NCBI GenBank assembly: GCA_002633005.1
Contig: NMRA01000061.1
Span: 110,568-174,567 of the forward strand
Direction: 5' to 3'
Source: Phoronis australis
Taxonomy: Eukaryota; Animalia; Phoronida
DNA: 64,000 nt
A program made the translations under genes and the position numbers. Shown here piece after piece: positions 56,590 through 64,000 of this stretch (its first letter is position 1; every line of letters begins with the position of its first letter). Under the pieces are notes generated by a model. The model was given only the letters and a program-made list of their open reading frames with translations. It searched no databases and had not been told where the DNA came from.

Positions 56590-57949
56590 TATTGTGGTCG
56601 TTGGTTGTGTAGGAAACAAGTAGAAACTAATAATCTTTGTACCCGCCCAAGTCTTATTTAATATCTGAATTAAAATATGTAAAACAAGCTAAAATTGATT
56701 TAACAATGTGTATTTTTCATGACACTTAAAATGTGCTTCTGATCTCAACAAGCAAAATGTAAATTTTTATTCCAATGCAATGTTACAACATTTACTGAAT
56801 TAAGGCTTATTCATGTTAATTTGGTAACTAATCTGGTAGGCCTGGGGATGGGGACCGCTATAAAATAAGGAAACTCAATCATCTAGAGAATTTTATTGGA
56901 CACAGCACATTTTTGAAGAGAAACTGCTGTGAAAAAGTCACCCTTCACTTCTGAGCGTCAGGTATCACAAACCTCTTATATTGGGCGCACTCCTACCCAG
57001 GACAATATGAATATGTGCTGCTAGCCTACCCAGCATCCGAGTCCCGGGAGAGTTTCCGAAAAGAAACACTTAGCTCAATAAACCCGTTATTCAGTGGGGG
57101 TAATTGGTGGGGATAACATCACCGAACGATGTCAATAGAAACTGATTGCTAAAAACTTATCAAGTAAATGGAAATGCACACAAGGGGCTTCAGCATCCAC
57201 ACACTTTTTGTCATTTGGTGGCCCTTTTGACCGCAATTGTCCACGAATATAGTAACCTTAGGTCTTTTGGGAATTTGGGGCCACCTGTCGAAGACTTGCA
57301 TCACGGAAAATGGCTGTAATAAGGCTTAGCGCGACGACGTATTTTGGTAAGAATTCCATCTTTTACCAGTTGTTTACATGCAGAGAGCGACGCACGCGCA
57401 ATTCAATCACCACTAGTACAGCAGCGACACCGCGAGGAGAATTCTCCGAATAGCCCCATTGAAAACATACTTTTGTTGCATGTGAAACTTTTGTTGTAGA
57501 CAAGTTAACACAAAACTTAAAATTGTTCAAATGCCTTCTTAAGAAAACTCTAAAAATAATTACACACACAAACAAATCAAGTGCAAACAAAGGGAATACT
57601 TCATTTTGATATTTGCACATCTCTATAGGTCAACAGGAAAATGACAATTCGCAAGCGTAATCGGTAATCATTTCAGCTTTATAAAGAATCAGCACAACTG
57701 CACTGTATGGGGCTTTAAAACTGAAGAAATATTGTTGTTTCAATAATTAATGACAAACTTGCCTGTTGATGAAAAAATTATTCGATCACCAAAGTGTATC
57801 ATTAACGGGCATTCTACACCCAATCAGGCAATCGGTGTAGTCACTGAATGTCATTTCCCCAAAATGTGTACCAAATTGCAAAGTTTTTACCATTAGTATA
57901 AAGCCTTTCTTCTGAGAGGAAAAGTTAATGTCAGTCAGTGAGAACGGAC

Positions 57950-60002
57950 AGTTATTTATGCCTGATGCTTTTGGTTTTCATTTCACTGGGATCTAGTTTC
58001 AATGGCCTATAGAAGCTCTTGTGAAAAAGGTCCAGTTTCGGCACATGGCTTTCCTTCATGTAACCTCATTCAGCCTCAATAACATCCACATTAGATCCTT
58101 GAAGGTAAACACAACGGCATATCACTTGACTCGTTTTGTGTCCAAAATCTTACCCTGAACTAGACCAGAGTGTCACCAGGTCTTCTTTAGCGTCAGACCC
58201 TAATGTTTCTTCCAGGAAAGGAAATAAGCTATTGTCCACACATGACCCATTGCCTATGAAAGGGCATCCTCACCAACGAGGCTGACTTGTGTCGCAGTCA
58301 GATATATTTCCTCTTCATTCACAAACAATCCACTGGCACATTGTCTTATGGTAACTTAGTGCTGCGATTCACATTTCGCCAGGGCCACTGTCTTGTACAT
58401 TCTGCTATGCAGCACTGCTGGTGTGTAGAAATGCTGTGGGAAGAGAAAGGAATAACAAAGCTTGTCTATGTTGCGGCTTGAAGTGGCCTTAAAAATGTTT
58501 CTGAACCTGGATCAAATATTGAAATATGAATAATTACTCCAGGTTCGGTCAAAAATGGTACCCCTGTTTTTCAAAAATATGATATGGTGACTGCTCTACA
58601 ATTTCACACAAAATAAAATAATTACTAATTCCAGAAAGCAAGGGTGTATATAATAAATATTGCATAAAACTGCGTCTTTATTTTTTATCCGTAGCCATAA
58701 CAATTCTTTAAACGCATCACTTGTCTGCAAAATATGCAAGTTTTTTGAAACAACTTCAAACCTTTGTTACCCATTTTCAAGCCTCTTTATTTTTGATACT
58801 TTTATCAATTTTAAACTCTGATTATAGATTCATGGGTCTGTCAAGCATACTTCTAGTCTAAGGCTGAGGGAACCGTTTCTCAGACTTTTTTATTTTTCTT
58901 CCAATAGAAGATATGAAGACATGGGTCATTTAAAAAATTATGGATAATCTTTCTATTGTTTAAGCGTAATTACAAATCGTAAGGCACCATCAAAAATGCA
59001 ATTTTCACAAAAAATGACAGTCATTTGAATTTATAAAAGACTTGCAACATTTCAAGGCATGAGTTAAGACTATTCAATCATTGAAAATTCAGAAAATGTA
59101 ATATATATCTATTGACAACAATAAACTTGAAGGAACTTCATGAAGGTTAAAGAATTACCTCACAATGCTATTTCCCCAGACCCTATTACCTGTTATTTCC
59201 ACACATTCAGTTGCACCAAATTTTACAACCCCAACCCCTCCGCTATGGACATGAATAAGTAAATAAACAAAACGACTTACATACCTTTCTTTAAAAATAG
59301 CTGTCTCTTTTAAAAGGCTGTGTTCGTTGTCTCCGATATACATGTAGAATGTAAGCTTTGAAAACACATCTGCACTGGATGGGAAGATCTTGCTGTTTAG
59401 CTGCAGTCAACTGCTTAAAACCAATTTTTGTCCATTCAGAGACGGAGCAGAAGCGATGCATGTCGCCTCTGCACGGTACAAGCCCTCAAACCTAAAAACC
59501 AAAGATCTCGTGAAAACAGCTTTCCATTTCAACGGGTAATAGATTTCCGGAAGACATAGTATAGGGAGTAAACAAACAGTATAATGGATATTTGTCACGT
59601 ACCCTTTGCCATTGGGCTTGAATTGTAATCTTAACTCACATACCAATATGGAGTTGACAGCATAAACATTCAGCATTGATTGATCTAACTGTCACTGATA
59701 AACCTGTTGGAAATCATTCCAAATATTAATATTACCGCTTTGATGTACAAAAAGATCCCGAGTGCTACGTCAAGTATCGTAACACACATCACAACAAAGA
59801 TTAACCCGACTGGCGACTGCCGCAAAGTCGACATCAGCGAGTACCTCAGTTAACAGGCATCAGTAGAATAAGTATGGAATGTTCGTTAAAATAATAACAA
59901 ACCTTACCTTTGTATAAGATCGTGCTTACTTCCTCTCATAGAATCAAACTTTTCACGCAATTTCAGATTCAGTTGCCACGGCGCTGCAAGCCATTTCACC
60001 AT
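57950..60002 (-). pseudogene. Intron-containing SAP + YqaJ (lambda-exonuclease-like) transposon accessory gene relic
   Basis: Exon 60002-59908 is SAP-like (LREKFDSMRGSKHDLIQR, gtaag donor); exon 59491-59285 follows; 58430-57950 reads TPAVLHSRMY..ALAK..GLFVNEEEIYLTAT...LVGED, VQGKIL...VVFTFKD and VPKLDLFHKSFYRP, with stops. Confidence 0.65.
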
Positions 60003-60096
60003 GTATTTAAAAGGGCTCGCGAAATCGAGGCTGCTTAATCTATCACCACTAGTACACGCGCGCCCTCTAGTTAGTGCAAAAATTCCGAAAAGCTCC

Positions 60097-61005
60097 ATTA
60101 CCAAGAGAGGGCAATTTTGAAGCGAGAAGCCTCGCGACTCTATGGCCTTATCTACGAACGAACAATTCCGGGAACTTGTAGTGATTCGTCCTGTGCTGGT
60201 GTTGTCCCTAGCGCAGAGCCTGTAAGCAGCCTTGCATCGACGTTGAGTAGTAGGAGTGAACACAGGTAGTCGTCAGTGAACAGACCGGTATGCCAAAGTT
60301 TGATAAGTTTATTGTGGACTTGACAAAAGTATTGGAGATATTTAGATGGTGTCAGGTGAGTTGCAAGGGAGTCACACGGCGGTATGTAAGCGGTTTCGGT
60401 GCTCAGGTCACCATCCAGTGGGAACCGCATAGGCATATCTATTGAGTTCGGCATAACAGAGCACACCCGACGTGCACTTGCATCAAGAGGTCCAACCACG
60501 TCTTTCCTCAGTCTCTGCCTCATCTCTAGAGCTGTCTGTGCGTATTCTGCCTCACTATTCTCGGGCTCCAGCATTATCCACCCACTGACTGTTTGTGAAC
60601 AAATTTCTTCGTCACCACTCATAAGAACAATGTCTCCGTCACTCACATCACTGTGTATGGGACATGGGTTGCCAACTTCACTCATTTTCAGGCTACTAAA
60701 AACTAAAGGATTTCTAAATCGAATGTAATTGAGTTTTCTAACAACCTAACTTGTCAGAGAATACTCGTCGATGAAAAGTGGTGACGACAATTTTAGGAAA
60801 CCATCACGAGAACAAGAGTGGAACAGATCCTTACAGTAAACTCGAACGCAGAAACAAAATGACGGGAAATTCTTAACCCCCTAAACGTCACTTCTGGAGT
60901 AGGTCACGACAAATTAATCAAATTACGGGAAGCCCTTATTAACTGAAAGACATGTCAGGGCTAATCAACGAACCGTATTTTCGGTAAAAAAGGTTCTCCT
61001 CTCCT
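60097..61005 (+). mobile_element. Second, less deleted right arm of the Kolobok-like element; carries a 177-codon minus-strand ORF (60152-60685) of unknown type
   Basis: Colinear with 53246-53925 plus ~260 extra bp; same right TIR. Confidence 0.7.
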
Positions 61006-61012
61006 TTGAGGC

Positions 61013-61258
61013 TTAAACATACATGGTATTCTTCATTTTCGGATGCTGTATATCTTTCATCATAGGTATACTCAACAGTTTCAAAACGGCAAGAAAATTT
61101 CCTGGATTGCCGTTATCTTCTGTCAAAATTTCGGATTCTCCTATCAATACAATACACTGGCTACCGCAGTAAAGAAACACTATAGTTATCGTCTTAGGAT
61201 TGTGCCTGCTTTCCGTTATCTGCGCTTTCACCTCACCGTCGTTCTGGGACAGAGTCAA
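61013..61258 (-). pseudogene. hAT transposase relic, copy 2
   Basis: LYCGSQCIVLIGE..NPGNFLAVLKLL; duplicate of 53933-54170. Confidence 0.7.
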
Positions 61259-61465
61259 TGACTCTCTGTTGATTTTTGGCGTTGGACGTCTGCCATCGAG
61301 ACTATTCCTCGTATAGGGTCTGCTAGGTCGTGCGACAATGACACTGATTTGTAGAACATTAGGCTTTTTTCATTGACCAAAGAATTGATGACAAACCTAG
61401 GCCGTTGAAGGTTATGAGTGATGTAATGGTTGTTTTAAAACGTATATAGTATTTGCATACGCCAG

Positions 61466-61715
61466 GAGCCCGTTCCAATAAACTGACTTAAGTTCATTGT
61501 TTACTTAAGTCTAAGGTTTGTCTCTACTTTCAAACTTTGAAATTTCCACATCCGGTAAGATAGTCAAAATTAAGACAAAACATACGTAAAATCTTATAAG
61601 TCAAATTTAAGATGTCTTTCTTGAATTGGACTTGAGACAAATTTAAGTTTCATCACAGAAAATTGACTGAAATATAAGATTTGTCTTAGCTATGTCAGTT
61701 TTCTTGGAACGGGCC
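61466..61715. mobile_element. PIF/Harbinger-type MITE (second family)
   Basis: TIR GCCCGTTCCAA..AACTGAC/GTCAGTTTTCTTGGAACGGGC flanked by CWG; a truncated left end is also present at ~54395. Confidence 0.65.
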
Positions 61716-62950
61716 CTGGTCCTGCCTGCAAATAAGACGTTCACAGATTATATAGCAGCACTTGAATCTCGCAATAGTTGCCCACACTACTGCAACACAC
61801 GTACATGTACTCAAGCAGTTCTCTGGCCTCGTTCTTGCGCCATTGGAGTTTCTCATGTTATTTGTCGGGGCCTCTATTGTTTTAGACTACTGTAAGCTTA
61901 TTCAACCTTCCAATAAAGAGTTTCGGCTACACGTTCACCGCGAACACGAACGTGCGAGCCACCAGAAGTCACATCTTCAGAAGCGGGGTGCGGGAAATAG
62001 GTGGCGACCAGGGGAGGAGGTTAAAGCTAAGACGTGGTGACATCATATTTTGCCCACAATGAAAACAGTCAATACCCATGGTGTTAACACTTTTACCTGT
62101 CCTTGTTTCTTACACCAATAGTGACTGTGAGTAAAAATGAGAAAAAAAGGTTTGTGTCTAATTCATAAACTCTACGTTATTCCTGTTTGCTTTGATTATT
62201 TCTAATCAAGGCAGTCTTTTCATTTGCTTTTTTAAAACAATACCGTAATTGAGATGCTTTAGCACAAGAATCGCCCACTACCACCCGATTTCTGTAGCTT
62301 TGACCTGAGAAGAAACAGCAACGCGACGAGGGCCTCAGAAAAAAGGATATTTTAAATATTCAACAGAGTAACACACCGTCATTAAGCTACACCGTCTCCT
62401 GTATAAATAAGGGTGTGCTACATATCTACACACTAAACAATACAACACGAATAAGCCAATTGTTAATGTGTGTGTTCCCATTGTAGCAAAACGTCGACGT
62501 TTCGCTGCTAAATCCACCTTTTTACTCCGAAATTAACTCGCGCTGTTGACTTCTATTCAATGGGTGGGTTATCTATATTTATATACGTCTACCCGTCATG
62601 ATGGGTTCTCTTATAAGTAGACCCACCCTGGCATGTTCGCCTCTATTGTCTTCGGTGTACCCAGTTTCAAACATAGCCTTGCTTGATCACCCTTTACTGA
62701 CACAGGTGTGCCCACTAACAATCTTATTTCACAAAGAAACACACAGGTTTCCTCATTTTTGTTCATGATAAAAGTTTTCTAGACAAGAAAAGTGCAAATT
62801 AAATAACATGTTGTTTACATTTGTCTGTGTGTGTCTGATAATTTTTAGTATGTTTACGTTGTACCATATGTTGTGCCATGAGTCTGTCTATGTGTGCAAA
62901 CATAAATAGTATTTGTGTGTTGTAGAATTAAGATAAAAGACACATCAATC

Positions 62951-62953
<3 letters not shown>

Positions 62954-62985
<32 letters not shown>
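62954..62985. repeat. (TA)n microsatellite at a LINE 3' end
   Basis: About 15 TA units. Confidence 0.95.
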
Positions 62986-62988
<3 letters not shown>

Positions 62989-64000
62989 ATACGTTTATTT
63001 ACCCAGAAAGCATATCATTAATGAATAGTAGATACGGCTGGGGTTGGGTAGCCCCAACTACGTATCTTTACAACTTACTAGAGTATAATACATCATCTTA
63101 ATTAAGCAAATAAGTATCTGGAAATTACTCCTAATGATTGGGCGAATAATTAGCCTAGAATAATATGAAAGGGGGGGAAACGGGAAGGGGAAGGACTTTC
63201 ATACACTCATTCACACTCACATTCACACGATTTAATTAACTTAACTTATGTTTACATTTACGTAGGTGCATATTTATGAAAAGGTAAATTTTCTTATAAT
63301 ACAACAGGAGTGGTTAAAAAAAATAACACCATATATTGTTTGAATCATTTTAAAGAGATGCCTGCAAAAGCCTCCACTGTTCTGAAGTTTTATCCGAGGC
63401 ATTAAATACAATGAAGTTCACTGCGTCAAAAAGTACACATCTAAACTTGCTAAAACAAGGTTGAGACCTATCTCTCGATGATGTATAAATATAATGTTGG
63501 GCATGAGTGTATATGGTATTGAAGATTTCACTTAGATTGCCAAAGAAGCAAACTAAGAAGTGGTACATAGATGGGTCAGTGTGTAAATTAAAAACTTTAC
63601 TTATGAAATGATGTAAAGAAATCCAGAAACGTTTAACACAGACGCAGCTGTAAAACATATGCTGAAAGGTCTGGACTTCGCCACAGTAGGGACATTGGTC
63701 TGTTTGTGAAATACCAAATATTTTTAACATTTTGTTTGTATAAATTCTTTTGTGAATGAAAAAGTATTTAAACATTGACAAATGAGGGTTTATGGGTAGA
63801 TTAAAAGGGAGATTATATATTTCTTTAATTTCGGCGTCTGTGTAGTAGTTGAGTAAAAACGCATAATTATCTGGTTTTACAGAAAACTTGTGAATAAATG
63901 TGTTTTTGATCCATGGAGTGGAACTATTGAAGAATAAAAATCTAATGTTATTACAACTAACAATCCTTCTATCCGACGGACCCAGAACTTTCTTCAAGGT
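62986..64000 (-). mobile_element. 3' part of a third Tx1/L1-like LINE (runs off the window end)
   Basis: ORF 63350-63997 with FKYFFIHKRIYTN and QCPYCGEVQTFQHMFYSC..VKRFW zf-RVT; 3' hairpin, AATAAA, then (TA)n. Confidence 0.85.

Overview
AT-rich eukaryotic genomic DNA with GT-AG introns and an invertebrate-type repeat landscape; there are no prokaryotic features. Bases ~800-36900 hold a + strand nephrocystin-1 (NPHP1) orthologue. I reconstructed 21 coding exons by hand with consistent phases (697 codons including stop; the first exon is not identified and probably lies upstream of the window). It encodes coiled-coil, acidic tract, SH3 and nephrocystin C-terminal regions. The most unusual feature lies in the 7.5-kb phase-1 intron 3028-10507: a same-strand chain of about 9 open exons encoding ~770 aa of Ser/Lys/Pro-rich, probably disordered protein with RVxF- and SILK-type PP1-docking motifs. 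From 5636 onward these exons are phase 1-1, so they could be a nested gene, an alternative N-terminus, or a ~720-aa cassette insert in NPHP1. Bases ~37000-64000 contain no recognisable host gene and are packed with transposon relics: three Tx1/L1-like LINE families sharing a candidate 3' pseudoknot, a Kolobok-like THAP element inserted in a hAT relic and then duplicated, a deleted pogo element, a SAP/YqaJ nuclease relic, an SGNH hydrolase ORF, MITEs and two local duplications. All calls are by eye; no database search was run.
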